DNA of 64,000 nt from Fimbriimonadia bacterium (GTDB lineage: Bacteria > Armatimonadota > Fimbriimonadia > Fimbriimonadales > JABRVX01): positions 288,001-352,000 of the forward strand of contig JBGPGO010000001.1 in assembly GCA_041483895.1 (NCBI GenBank), read 5' to 3'. The notes beneath the pieces were generated by a model. That model was not told the origin of the DNA. It searched no databases and worked only from the letters and a program-made list of their open reading frames with translations. Below, piece after piece: positions 1 to 9,632 of the stretch. Position 1 is the first letter of the stretch. Each line of letters opens with the position of its first letter. The translations under genes were made by a program, and so were the position numbers.

Positions 1-989
1 GCTACAAGAGTCGCATCTGTCTCGGCGACCTTTTGAATCAAGGCAAGCTGGACCGGGTTTGCCTGATCCATCACTTGCTGCTCATACATCTCGCCTTTGA
101 TTGCTCCGGCAAGCGCTGTCGCGAGCCGCTTTTCCGTCTCCGCGATCTGCTCGTCAACCTCTTTCACTTCCGGCTGGTCGGTCTTGTATTCGTACTGGCG
201 CTTTGCCCTTTCTACGTTCAGCTCATTCAGGTCCTGGCGCAACTTATCTACCACCGGCGAGGTGCCGTAGGCGGTCGAAAAGCGTATTGTCGGGGCCTCC
301 TTCGCGAATTCGGCTCGCAATCGATCGGCTTCCATCCGCCCGGCCGCCGCCTCTACCTGAGTCTCATGCAGCTCATCCTCCGCTGCGCCGAGCCGGGTCA
401 CTAGCAGCTTCATCTCCTCTTCCGGAAGGCCGAGCTTGTTGCGTTCCAGCCAGCCAACCATTTCGGCCTCCTTGGCCTTTAGCTGCCCCTCGATTTCCAG
501 CAATCGGCGATGAACGTCCCCGGCGGTGGAATCTGCCTCCATCTCCTGCCGCCTTTCCGTGTCCAACATGTAACCCTGAACCAAGGAATTCGTGATTTCC
601 GCCGCCTTTTCCGGGGTCGGGCCGGCCGCGAACACCTTGACGATCTCGGTCTGTTTCGGGTGCATCGCGTGCACCTTCTTCTCCAGGTCTTCCGGGCGCA
701 TGCCCAGCTTCAACTCGCGGATCGTCCGCTCCAGGTTGGGGCGAGCCAAAATAACCTCCAACTGCGTCTCCGGCGAAGGCCCGCTGGAGGCGCCCACCAG
801 GTCAGATAAAATCGCTCCCTGGGCGCTGAGGTTGAGTCCCGAATCGAGGAGGACGGTCGATTGCGCTTCGTATTCTCGTGGCAGGAACAGGATCAGCCCG
901 GCCGTAACGGCAAGGACCGTACCAAAAATCCAAATGGCCAGGCCCCGGCGCTTGCGTAGGACCTGTAAATAGTCTTGCGGGAACCGCAC
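1..989 (-). CDS. GumC/Wzc-family polysaccharide chain-length determinant (runs off window start; absent from ORF track)
   Basis: Hand translation from GTG at 989: MRFPQDYLQVLRKRRGLAIWIFGTVLAVTAGLILFLPREYEAQSTVLL, then AAEITNSLVQGY and long coiled-coil segments. The frame is open to the window edge and a purine-rich RBS precedes it. Confidence 0.85.
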   Translation of the reverse strand, partial: MRFPQDYLQVLRKRRGLAIWIFGTVLAVTAGLILFLPREYEAQSTVLLDSGLNLSAQGAILSDLVGASSGPSPETQLEVILARPNLERTIRELKLGMRPEDLEKKVHAMHPKQTEIVKVFAAGPTPEKAAEITNSLVQGYMLDTERRQEMEADSTAGDVHRRLLEIEGQLKAKEAEMVGWLERNKLGLPEEEMKLLVTRLGAAEDELHETQVEAAAGRMEADRLRAEFAKEAPTIRFSTAYGTSPVVDKLRQDLNELNVERAKRQYEYKTDQPEVKEVDEQIAETEKRLATALAGAIKGEMYEQQVMDQANPVQLALIQKVAETDATLV

Positions 990-1143
990 ATCTTCCCCCT
1001 AGAGAAGGCAGGCTCCGGTAAGCCTGCCGGGTTGACAATCCGAACCTAACAATCTGCTTCAATTGTTGGGGGGGATGACCGCTTTCTTTAGCCGATACCC
1101 TACCTAGGGACGGCATGCGTCGTCCGCGTTAGGAGGCAGACCT

Positions 1144-3252
1144 GTGAGAGTTACTTCATTTCTTTCGGCCCTGGGTGCGGTGTGTGTTGGTCTCCCTGCC
1201 CTCGGCCATGCCGGTTGGACCGGAAGCATCGGCGGTCTCGAGCTCACCAGACCCTTGCAAATCCAAGCCGTCTCCGAGGGTCTGATTGGGCGGCTTGCGA
1301 GCGCTGGAGCCAATGCCCCGGCCGGATACTACGTCGTTCATTTCTATGCCGTACCGACCGAAAAAATGCTCGCGAAGCTGGCCGGCATAGGCGTGACCCT
1401 GCACGAGCCCATCTCCGGCAACGGATATCTCAGCCATCTGGATGCCGGAAGCGCGGCGGCGCTGCTGCATACCACCGGGGTGCGCGGCCTCTACCCGTAT
1501 CAACCGCTCTTGAAGGTGGCCCCGTCCTTGGTGCGCCAGTTGGATTCGCCCACTCTCGCCAATCCGGCCCTTCGCGGAGATCGGATAACAGTGGGCGTGG
1601 AAATGTTCCCGGAGGCGGACGCGACGGCGCTGGCCGACCGTCTGACGCGTTTTGGCGCGGAGGTTCGCTCCAACCAAGCGACGCCTGTCGGATCCATGAT
1701 GCTGGTGGACCTGCCTGCCTGGCAGATCGCCGGCCTCGCCCTCACAGACGGGGTCAAATGGATCGATCGTGTGTCCGAACCGCATCTTGACAACAATGTC
1801 GCCCGTGTCCTCATCGGGGCCGATCCCGCAGGCGCGCGCTATGCGCCATCTAACGCCCTCTATGGCTCCGGGGAAGTGATCGCCATCGTCGATACCGGCC
1901 TCGATACCGGTCTCGCTGGTACGGTTCACCCTGATCTTCGTGGGCGGATCGTCAATGCAACCGCATGGGCCAACTCCACATGGGCGGATGATGAAGGCCA
2001 TGGGACGCACGTCGCGGGCACCGCGGCAGGCAACGGAACCCAATCCGGGTCAAATCCAGGGAGCCATGTGTACACGAACAGCTACGCCGGGGTTGCGCCC
2101 GACGCGGGCCTCAGCATCCAGTCGGTGATTTCGAGCACAGGCAGCCTCAGCGGCCTCAACAGCTTCTTCAACATTATGGCGACCGCTTATAACGACGGCG
2201 CGCGGGTCTGCAACAACAGCTGGGGCGCGGACACCCGTGGGGTCTATGACTACTACGCCCGGCTCGCGGATAGCTTCAGCTACTCCAACCCCGACTTTCT
2301 GATGGTCTTCGCGGCCGGAAACGCGGGTGTCGATGTCAATCGCGACGGGATCATTGATTTTCAGTCGGTCGGTTCGCCCGGTGTCGCCAAGAACGTTCTT
2401 ACCGTGGGGGCCGGCGAAAACAATGAGAGCGGCCGATCCGGGGCGGCACGGTATGGGAGGACGTACGGCTATTTCGGCTTCCCGACCTTCCCCATCAGCG
2501 GAGACAACATCGCGAATACCCCGAACGGCTTGGCCGCATTCAGCAGCCGGGGACCGACCAGGGACAACCGAATGAAGCCGGAGATCGTCGCCCCAGGGAC
2601 CGCGATCATCTCCACGCGCTCCTCTCAGCCCGAGGCCTATTACGACAAGGTGGTCAATCAGTGGTACGCGTTCTCCAGCGGAACCAGCATGGCCTCTCCG
2701 GTCGTGACCGGGGCCGCGGCGATCGTCCACCAATACTTGAAGAACATCAAGAGCATCGCCGAACCGACGTCGGCTCTTATGAAGGCCGTGATGATGGTTT
2801 CCGCCCGCGACCTGTCCCCCGGCCAATACGGGGTGGGTACGAAGCGCGAAATCCAACCGGCCCCCAACAATTCGGAAGGCTTTGGCCGAGTTGACGTTGC
2901 GGCAGCGACCTCAACGGCCATGCAGATTCTGGCCTCCGACGCAACCGTCGCGAACCGCGCCTACGTGGACTACACGCTGAACGTCCCCGGCGGGAAGCCG
3001 GAGATGAGAACCGTGCTCTGTTGGACCGATCCACTCGCCGCCAGCACAGCGAACACCCAGTTGGTGAACAACCTTGACCTGACCGTGTATGCGCCCGACG
3101 GCACTCGCTATATCGGACGCTCGACGGTCAATAACTGGGAGTCGCTCTATTGGGCGTTTCCGAAGCCAGGAGTTTGGACGTTCCGAGTCACGGGCGCATC
3201 CGTTCCCGCAGGACCGCAACATTTCTCTCTCGTCGCGTTCTGGCGATACTAA
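1144..3252 (+). CDS. Secreted S8 subtilisin-like serine peptidase with C-terminal beta domain
   Basis: Catalytic triad motifs IVDTG, GHGTHVAG and SGTSMASP; AAGN oxyanion motif; signal peptide; AGGAGG RBS. Confidence 0.93.
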   Translation: MRVTSFLSALGAVCVGLPALGHAGWTGSIGGLELTRPLQIQAVSEGLIGRLASAGANAPAGYYVVHFYAVPTEKMLAKLAGIGVTLHEPISGNGYLSHLDAGSAAALLHTTGVRGLYPYQPLLKVAPSLVRQLDSPTLANPALRGDRITVGVEMFPEADATALADRLTRFGAEVRSNQATPVGSMMLVDLPAWQIAGLALTDGVKWIDRVSEPHLDNNVARVLIGADPAGARYAPSNALYGSGEVIAIVDTGLDTGLAGTVHPDLRGRIVNATAWANSTWADDEGHGTHVAGTAAGNGTQSGSNPGSHVYTNSYAGVAPDAGLSIQSVISSTGSLSGLNSFFNIMATAYNDGARVCNNSWGADTRGVYDYYARLADSFSYSNPDFLMVFAAGNAGVDVNRDGIIDFQSVGSPGVAKNVLTVGAGENNESGRSGAARYGRTYGYFGFPTFPISGDNIANTPNGLAAFSSRGPTRDNRMKPEIVAPGTAIISTRSSQPEAYYDKVVNQWYAFSSGTSMASPVVTGAAAIVHQYLKNIKSIAEPTSALMKAVMMVSARDLSPGQYGVGTKREIQPAPNNSEGFGRVDVAAATSTAMQILASDATVANRAYVDYTLNVPGGKPEMRTVLCWTDPLAASTANTQLVNNLDLTVYAPDGTRYIGRSTVNNWESLYWAFPKPGVWTFRVTGASVPAGPQHFSLVAFWRY

Positions 3253-4010
3253 AAGCCGGAATACCAGTCGTATCCGCGCTCGGCCCAGTAATCGCTGGGC
3301 CGAGCTTCCATCTGCCGGATAGCTCCAACCCATTTGATGCTCTTGATCCCGTATTTGGTTGGGACCACCAGCCGAAGCGGCGCGCCGTGCGGCACAGTGA
3401 GAGGCTGGCTGTTCATTTCATAGCAAAGCAGGGTCTGCGGGTGCATGAGCGCCTCACGTTCCAGCCCGACATAATAACCTCTGTCCGGCGTCTCGATGCT
3501 GGCGTGGGGAGCGATGTCGCCATTCCAAAAGTGCTGCGCCAGCTCCGCAAACGGTGTGCCTCCCCAGTGCACGATATAGCTCCATCCCTCTATGCACTTA
3601 TGCTCCGTCACAATCTCGGTGAACGGCAGCTTCCGGATATCCTCCATGCCGATCTGGATGACTTTTCGATGCGCGTCGATGAGGTTGATGACCCACGATG
3701 CCTGAACATCCGGGTTTTCATAGCTGGGACTGAGTCCAAGGGTGCCGTTGACCCGGGGCATTTCCGCGTGAGACCGATCGAACGTAGGCGCCAACCGCCC
3801 GGAGCTGCCGACCGATCGCCAAAAACGTTCACTGAAACCAAATCCAGACCGGAAGGGACCACCGATTCCGTCTTCCTTCGGCCGAGAGATCAGCCAGCGC
3901 CATCCCCCAAACCCGGCGGCCAAAGAGACCGCCGCCCAAAGAAATCCGCGGCGCGAACGCATCCGCATCTCTTCCTCGGGCGAGTGGTCTTCCTTGGGCT
4001 TTTCTGACAT
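3249..4010 (-). CDS. Molybdopterin-dependent oxidoreductase, sulfite-oxidase/MsrP-like catalytic subunit
   Basis: SRRGFL Tat-like motif, Mo-ligand HKCIEGW, and HGAPLRLVVPTKYGIKSIKW. Confidence 0.9.
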   Translation of the reverse strand: MSEKPKEDHSPEEEMRMRSRRGFLWAAVSLAAGFGGWRWLISRPKEDGIGGPFRSGFGFSERFWRSVGSSGRLAPTFDRSHAEMPRVNGTLGLSPSYENPDVQASWVINLIDAHRKVIQIGMEDIRKLPFTEIVTEHKCIEGWSYIVHWGGTPFAELAQHFWNGDIAPHASIETPDRGYYVGLEREALMHPQTLLCYEMNSQPLTVPHGAPLRLVVPTKYGIKSIKWVGAIRQMEARPSDYWAERGYDWYSGF

Positions 4011-4013
4011 GCC

Positions 4014-4478
4014 TTATAGAATGGGCGGGCCAACCAGCTCGATGCCATATTGGTCGGCGACCGCCGCAAGGTCCGTAAAGTCCATCATGCCGTCTTCCGA
4101 CCCGGTGTCCAATTCCTCCAAAAACCGTTCGTAACCGGCTGGCGTCAGGAACTGAAGGAATCGACCGGGTTTCTTGCCGACGTTTTTGTATGTGTGCGGC
4201 ATGCCCTTCGGGAAGTAGACGAACGCCCCCGCGCCGACCGTGTCCACATGATCGCCGACCTGCAGCTTGAAATCACCCTCTAAGATATAGAACGCCTCGT
4301 CTTCCTTCTGATGGATGTGCAGCGGCGGGCCGTTGCCCGGCAACTCGATCCCCTCGAACAGGGAAAACGCCCCGCCGGTTGTTTCGCGATCCGCCTTACA
4401 GGTTATGAGGGCCCCCATCGCGTTATAGGAGCGACCCTCGCTTTTTCCCAACAGGGTCACTACTTTGTCGATTGTCAA
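4014..4478 (-). CDS. Cupin-domain protein (quercetin dioxygenase-like)
   Basis: GPPLHIHQKEDEAFYILEG and PKGMPHTY cupin motifs. Start reassigned to TTG 4478 after a GGAGG RBS. Confidence 0.85.
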   Translation of the reverse strand: MTIDKVVTLLGKSEGRSYNAMGALITCKADRETTGGAFSLFEGIELPGNGPPLHIHQKEDEAFYILEGDFKLQVGDHVDTVGAGAFVYFPKGMPHTYKNVGKKPGRFLQFLTPAGYERFLEELDTGSEDGMMDFTDLAAVADQYGIELVGPPIL

Positions 4479-4525
4479 ACCTCGTGCCTCCGATGCAGTC
4501 TGTTTTTTGTCTCTTCTATTATGGT

Positions 4526-5224
4526 CTACGCATTCTTGGCAGGCCGCCGTTTTACCGCAATCGGGTCCTTTGGGTCTGCCGGAACAAGTTCGTACCCGGT
4601 CACCATCGCGCGAAAATTGTTCCATCCCGCTCGAATTACCTGCGCGACATGGACCAGGAAGAACAAAACGAACGCGATGGTGAGGACGAAATGCCACGTT
4701 CGAGCGAGCTGATAGCCCCCAAACAGCGTCGCCAGCCAAGAAAACTGCACCGATTTATAGATGGCCAGACCCGTCAGCAGTGAGCCCAGGCCCACGAGAA
4801 TCACGCCAGTGTAAGCGAACTGCTGGGCGCCGTTGAACTTCCGCCGGGGCGGATGCTCCGTCGAGAGCTTCAGGTCATACCTCACCACCTGAAGCGCCTC
4901 CTTCAGGCTTCCATTTTTCGGCACGATGTACCGCCATTGTTTGGAAATCGCCAGGTACAGCACGTATAGGATGCCGTTGATAGTGAAGAACCAGGCAAAG
5001 AGAAAGTGCCAACCCATGCCTTCCGCCAGCCGATGGTCAATGTGAGCGGCATCGTAGAACGAATCGGGGAAGAATGGGAAGAGGGTCCAACCGCCCCACC
5101 CGATCCGATAAACATGGTTGGCCCAATAGATCAGGGTGCCGCTCCACACCATGGCCAACATCACCGGAAAATTGATCCAGTGAAACCAGCGGATGGCGAG
5201 CGGGTGTTTCTTCTCAATCCTCAT
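4526..5224 (-). CDS. Cytochrome b/b6-type membrane subunit, partner of the Mo oxidoreductase
   Basis: HPLAIRWFHW, WHF, KFNGAQQFAY and ARTWHF...VHV heme-ligand His pattern. Start reassigned to ATG 5224. Confidence 0.87.
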   Translation of the reverse strand: MRIEKKHPLAIRWFHWINFPVMLAMVWSGTLIYWANHVYRIGWGGWTLFPFFPDSFYDAAHIDHRLAEGMGWHFLFAWFFTINGILYVLYLAISKQWRYIVPKNGSLKEALQVVRYDLKLSTEHPPRRKFNGAQQFAYTGVILVGLGSLLTGLAIYKSVQFSWLATLFGGYQLARTWHFVLTIAFVLFFLVHVAQVIRAGWNNFRAMVTGYELVPADPKDPIAVKRRPAKNA

Positions 5225-5324
5225 GCGCGTGTGCCCCAAGCCGCCAGGATGGCAGCGCTTCCAGTGCCGGCTGGAAGCCGGCGTTAGAAAAACCAGAATG
5301 CCTGACCCCCCGTTTCCTTTCCAA

Positions 5325-5627
5325 CTACTCGGGAGTCCCGCCTTTTTCATACGAGGCCACCTGCCGGGCGATATCCGGTATCTGCTCCACGGCCTTCTGG
5401 GCGTTTGATCGATACGCGCCTTCCAGAACCTGCCGAACGTTTTCGCCACTGACCTTGGCGCCCGCCCTTTTGAGCGCTTCGCGCGCCATCTCCACCACGG
5501 CTTCGGGCTTCATGTCCACACCGGAGGCCCTGATGAAATTCTTTGCGGCGTCCAGTTCTCTGGAGCTATACCCTCCGCCGCATCCCACCAGCATCGTTAT
5601 CCCTATCGCAACAAGCAATGCTCTCAT
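5325..5627 (-). CDS. Small hypothetical lipoprotein
   Basis: Signal peptide with lipobox LVGC; TATACT 6 nt before the ATG. Confidence 0.7.
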   Translation of the reverse strand: MRALLVAIGITMLVGCGGGYSSRELDAAKNFIRASGVDMKPEAVVEMAREALKRAGAKVSGENVRQVLEGAYRSNAQKAVEQIPDIARQVASYEKGGTPE

Positions 5628-5671
5628 GCCGCAAGTATACCGGCGTAATGTCGGCTCTCAACTCGTGGTCA

Positions 5672-5713
5672 TCGTAGGACATATAGGACCAATAAGTCCA
5701 ATATGTTCTACGA
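5672..5713. repeat. Imperfect palindrome in a divergent intergenic region
   Basis: tcgtaggacatat..ggac/gtcc..atatgttctacga inverted arms. Confidence 0.6.
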
Positions 5714-5751
5714 GACAGGAACATGCCGTTAAGTGTCGAACCTAACACGCA

Positions 5752-6714
5752 ATGCCCTACGAGATGTTTGACCCAAACCGGCTTCACATCGAGCCGTTGG
5801 CCCAGCGAGAACATTTGCAGAGTCTGGAAGAGATGTACCGATTGGATGAGCCCTTCGAGATGCTCGACAATCCGAACATCCAGACCATAGCGAAAGACAT
5901 TCTCGCGGCGCGGAAGCGCAATGCCTCCGTCATCCTCACCATGGGCGCGCACGTGATCAAATACGGCCTGTCGCGCTTCATCATCGACCTCATGCAAAAC
6001 GGATGGGTCACCCACGTCGCCACCAACGGCGCGGGGCCGATCCACGATTATGAAATGGCGATGATCGGTAAGACATCCGAGAGCGTGCCCAACTATATCC
6101 GCAAGGGGCAGTTTGGCATGTGGAAGGAGACGGGAGAGCTGAACCGCGCGGCGGTCATCGGCGCGGAACAGGGGATTGGGCTCGGCGAGGCGATCGGAGG
6201 CCTGATTGAGAAAGAGAAGTTTCCCCATCGGGATGTCAGCGTTTTCGCGTCGGGATTTCGTCTGCGCGTGCCGGTGACCGTGCATGTCTGCATCGGCCAA
6301 GACATCATCCACCAGCATCCCAACTTCGATGCCGCCGCCACCGGACTCTGCTCCTATCGCGACTTCCTTATCTTCGCCAACAGCGTGTGCAACTTGGAAG
6401 GCGGTGTGTTTCTCAACTTCGGCTCCGCCGTGATGGGGCCGGAGGTCTATCTGAAGGCGCTCTCGATGGCCAGAAACGTGGCGTACCAAGAAAGTCGGCA
6501 GATTTCAGATTTCACAACCGCCGTCTTCGACCTCATCCCGATCACGGGAGAATTCCACGACGAACCGCCGAAGACCGATCCGCGCTACTACTATCGTCCC
6601 TGGAAAACCATCCTCGTTCGCACCGTCGCCGATGGCGGCCAAAGCTACTATGTGCAAGGCCATCACAAGGACACCGTGCGCACGCTTTGGAGGCGCCTTC
6701 GGGACCTTTCGTAG
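5752..6714 (+). CDS. Deoxyhypusine-synthase-like conserved protein of unknown function
   Basis: VILTMGAHVIKYGL..IIDLM..GWVTHVATNGAGPIHD and GGVFLNFGSAV resemble DHS-fold NAD-binding segments. Confidence 0.65.
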   Translation: MPYEMFDPNRLHIEPLAQREHLQSLEEMYRLDEPFEMLDNPNIQTIAKDILAARKRNASVILTMGAHVIKYGLSRFIIDLMQNGWVTHVATNGAGPIHDYEMAMIGKTSESVPNYIRKGQFGMWKETGELNRAAVIGAEQGIGLGEAIGGLIEKEKFPHRDVSVFASGFRLRVPVTVHVCIGQDIIHQHPNFDAAATGLCSYRDFLIFANSVCNLEGGVFLNFGSAVMGPEVYLKALSMARNVAYQESRQISDFTTAVFDLIPITGEFHDEPPKTDPRYYYRPWKTILVRTVADGGQSYYVQGHHKDTVRTLWRRLRDLS

Positions 6715-6884
6715 GACCGCGAGAACCTCGGGCTCCCAATCTCGTCAACAAACTGTCCAGAGTCCTATCGCTGCAAAGCGTGGCGGGCGAGAGGAGTATG
6801 CTGTCTACACTCCGAACACATCTGGAAGACGTGTGGCCCCCTGCCATCGGTTGGGGGCCATCCGCCACGTGTTGGGAGGGTTCT

Positions 6885-7316
6885 ATGCTCAAGGAATTCA
6901 AACAGTTTGCCATGCAGGGCAACATGCTCGATCTCGCCGTTGGACTTATTCTCGGCGTTGCATTTGGCGCGATTGTTACGTCGCTAGTAGGAGATGTGAT
7001 CATGCCTGCGATCGGCGGAATCTTCGGCGGGTTCGATTTCAACAATCTCTGCTTCAACTTGTCCGGTGTGCACTATGATACGATGGATGATGCGGTGAAG
7101 GCCGGCGCTCCACTTATCAAATACGGCACGTTCTTGACGAAGGTGATTGACTTTGTCATCGTGGCATTTGTCATATTCTTGTTGGTGCGCGGCGTCAATC
7201 GGATGCGGAAGCAGCCGGAAGCTGTGCCGGATACGAAAGCGTGCCCGTTTTGCATGCAGAACATCCCGATTGCGGCGAAGAAATGCGCGTTCTGCACCTC
7301 CGAGGTGCCTGCATAG
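6885..7316 (+). CDS. mscL: Large-conductance mechanosensitive channel with C-terminal zinc ribbon
   Basis: MLKEFKQFAMQGNMLDLAVGLILGVAFGAIVTSLVGDVIMP, YGTFL..VIDF, and a CPFC...CAFC tail. Start at ATG 6885 after GGGAGG. Confidence 0.95.
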   Translation: MLKEFKQFAMQGNMLDLAVGLILGVAFGAIVTSLVGDVIMPAIGGIFGGFDFNNLCFNLSGVHYDTMDDAVKAGAPLIKYGTFLTKVIDFVIVAFVIFLLVRGVNRMRKQPEAVPDTKACPFCMQNIPIAAKKCAFCTSEVPA

Positions 7317-8284
7317 ATCGGACACGGATTGCGGAGATTCTGGCTGTTTTTCCGTCGCTGAAGATTGCGGTCTTTGGCGACTTCTATCTGGACAAATATC
7401 TGGTCACGGATCCGGCGCTGGATGAACCGTCCATCGAGACCGGGTTGACCGCGCGGCAGGTGATTAAAATACGTTGTTCTCCAGGGGCAGCCGGGACGGT
7501 GGCCTCCAACTTGGCGGCGCTAGGGGTCGGGAAAGTGTTTGCGGTCGGCATGATCGGCAGCGACGGCGAGGGGTTCGATCTGACGCATGCCTTGCGCAGC
7601 CGGGGGATTCGTACAGAGGGCCTCATTGTGTCCCAGCAGTGGCGGACGCCGTGCTACATGAAACCGACGTCGGGCGAGCTGGAATTGGAGCGGCTGGATA
7701 TCCATAACTATGAGCCCCCGCGATTGAAGTCGCTGCGCAAAGCGCTGGATTCCCTTGAGTCACTGGAAGTGGACGGCATTCATGTCGGCGATCAGCGCAT
7801 CGCCGACAACGGCGGCGTTGTCAGCGAATTGGCGCGGGAGCGGATCATGTCTCTTGACGGCCCTCCAATCCTTGTTGATTCCCGTTCGCGCATTGCACTC
7901 TATCGAAGCGTGATTGTCAAGCCGAATCTGTCCGAGGCGGCCGGCGCGTTGGGCGAGCCTGCCGACCCCGCACGCTCGGAAGAGTATGCCCTTGCCATGT
8001 CAGCCCGCACAAGCAAACCCGCCTTCATCACGCTCGGATCATCAGGCATCGCCGTCGCAAGCGAGGGCGTCGCCGCAACTGTCCCCGCCCACCCTATCGA
8101 CGGCCCCATTGATATCACCGGCGCGGGGGATGCGGCGGCGGCGGCCCTCATTGCTTGCATCGCCGCCGGCGCAACGCCAACAGAGGCCGCAGTCATCGCA
8201 AACCTCGCCGCCGCCGTCGCGATCCAAAAGATTGGAACCACCGGTACTGCTACCCAGCGCGAGATTCTTGCGCTTGTAACCTAA
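7313..8284 (+). CDS. PfkB/ribokinase-family kinase, HldE/RfaE kinase-domain-like (start uncertain: ATA 7313 or ATG 7283)
   Basis: IAVFGDFYLDKY, PGAAGTVASNL, VKPNLSE and DITGAGD motifs. Confidence 0.85.
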   Translation: MDRTRIAEILAVFPSLKIAVFGDFYLDKYLVTDPALDEPSIETGLTARQVIKIRCSPGAAGTVASNLAALGVGKVFAVGMIGSDGEGFDLTHALRSRGIRTEGLIVSQQWRTPCYMKPTSGELELERLDIHNYEPPRLKSLRKALDSLESLEVDGIHVGDQRIADNGGVVSELARERIMSLDGPPILVDSRSRIALYRSVIVKPNLSEAAGALGEPADPARSEEYALAMSARTSKPAFITLGSSGIAVASEGVAATVPAHPIDGPIDITGAGDAAAAALIACIAAGATPTEAAVIANLAAAVAIQKIGTTGTATQREILALVT

Positions 8285-8309
8285 CTTCCTGCCATACTGA
8301 CGAATCGGC

Positions 8310-9632
8310 ATGTTCAAGGACCGAATGACCAAGAAACTTCTCATCTTTGCGGCAACGCTTGCGATCGTTTTGATTGCGCTAGGCATCTACGGTTACTTCG
8401 TCCTGCGTAGCGTCGTATCAACTGCGCAAGTTGAGGCTAATTCGTTGCCAGCGGAACTTGCGGCGGCACGACGCGAAGGCCTACCGCTTGAGCCGAGCGA
8501 TCTTCGCCCAGCTACACCGATTCCAGATGACCAGAATGCCGCCAATGTTTACCGAGCGATCTCGCCGAAGATCTCTCACTTGCCGTCGATTCCCTCAGAC
8601 AGCATCGCCAATGTCGCGATTGGCGATGGAACTACAAAGGATATTGCAAAGGTGCAAAATTATCTTACTCACCATGAGAACCAGCTCTCTCAAATCGAAG
8701 GAGCGAGTTATCTTCCCCATTGCGACTTCAAGCCACGATGGGAAGAAGGCATGGAATTGCTTTTTCCAGACTTCGCTCGGCTCCGGGAAGTTGCGCGGCT
8801 CTTCGCTGCCCGGGCGATGCTGAAGAGCAAGAGCGGCGATCCCATTGGAGCCTTGTCGGACATTGCTACCGCGGGACGCATTGCTCGACATGCCGGGGAG
8901 GTACCTACAATCATCGGATCCCTCGTCCAAATCGCGATCGACGCCATTGCCGATCGCGCATTCTTGCAGGTCTTGCACGCGCATTCCACCGATTCGAAAG
9001 TGCTTCAGGCCGCGCAATCCGCTGCCGCGGCATTCGATCCATCTCCGGACGTGGCGCATACATTTGGCGGCGAGGCCGTTATGTTGCGTATGACAATTCA
9101 TAAAATTCGGGACTCGACGGAAGCTTTGGACGAAAGTGTGGCGCACTTCGTGCCGATCCGGTTGAAGAACCGGCGGGTCTGGTGCGATGCATGGGAAGCG
9201 AGAATGATCCACTATTGGCGTCGCGTCTATGCAATCTTTTCAAGAACCAAGAACGATCAGCTCGCACAATTCCAGGCGCTTGAGAAAGAGGGAGCTAGGA
9301 TGGATGCCCAGTCAAAACTACCTATGCATGAAGTCGACGGCATATTAACCCCAATGTACGGCCTAGTTTGGTTGAAAGCAACGGAGGCAAATGCGCGCGG
9401 CCTGCTCCGATCCACGATGCTCTTACTCTTCGAATATCGGATCAAACACGGCCATTTCCCAGCAACGTTGGTTGATATTCATGCTCCGAACGATCCGTTC
9501 ACCGGCAGCAGCCTTCACTACCGCACAACCTCCAAGGGCCTCATACTATACAGCGTCGGAGCGAATTTCAAAGACGATGGAGGAAAGACCTCCTACAAGA
9601 ACCCGCCTGACATCGCTGTCTCCTACCCCTGA
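8310..9632 (+). CDS. Hypothetical N-terminally anchored protein with GspG-like C-terminal motif (paralogue of 36651..37811)
   Basis: N-terminal TM segment; C-terminal FPATL..DPFTG..LHY..LYSVGANFKDDGG. Confidence 0.75.
   Translation: MFKDRMTKKLLIFAATLAIVLIALGIYGYFVLRSVVSTAQVEANSLPAELAAARREGLPLEPSDLRPATPIPDDQNAANVYRAISPKISHLPSIPSDSIANVAIGDGTTKDIAKVQNYLTHHENQLSQIEGASYLPHCDFKPRWEEGMELLFPDFARLREVARLFAARAMLKSKSGDPIGALSDIATAGRIARHAGEVPTIIGSLVQIAIDAIADRAFLQVLHAHSTDSKVLQAAQSAAAAFDPSPDVAHTFGGEAVMLRMTIHKIRDSTEALDESVAHFVPIRLKNRRVWCDAWEARMIHYWRRVYAIFSRTKNDQLAQFQALEKEGARMDAQSKLPMHEVDGILTPMYGLVWLKATEANARGLLRSTMLLLFEYRIKHGHFPATLVDIHAPNDPFTGSSLHYRTTSKGLILYSVGANFKDDGGKTSYKNPPDIAVSYP

Noticed and set aside
6387..6884. 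N-terminal extensions in the ORF track (mscL from 6387, cupin from 4739, cyt b from 5449, ubiX from 57759, methyltransferase from 61012)
   Set aside because: They overlap neighbouring genes or UTRs; family motifs and RBS or stop overlaps indicate later starts.
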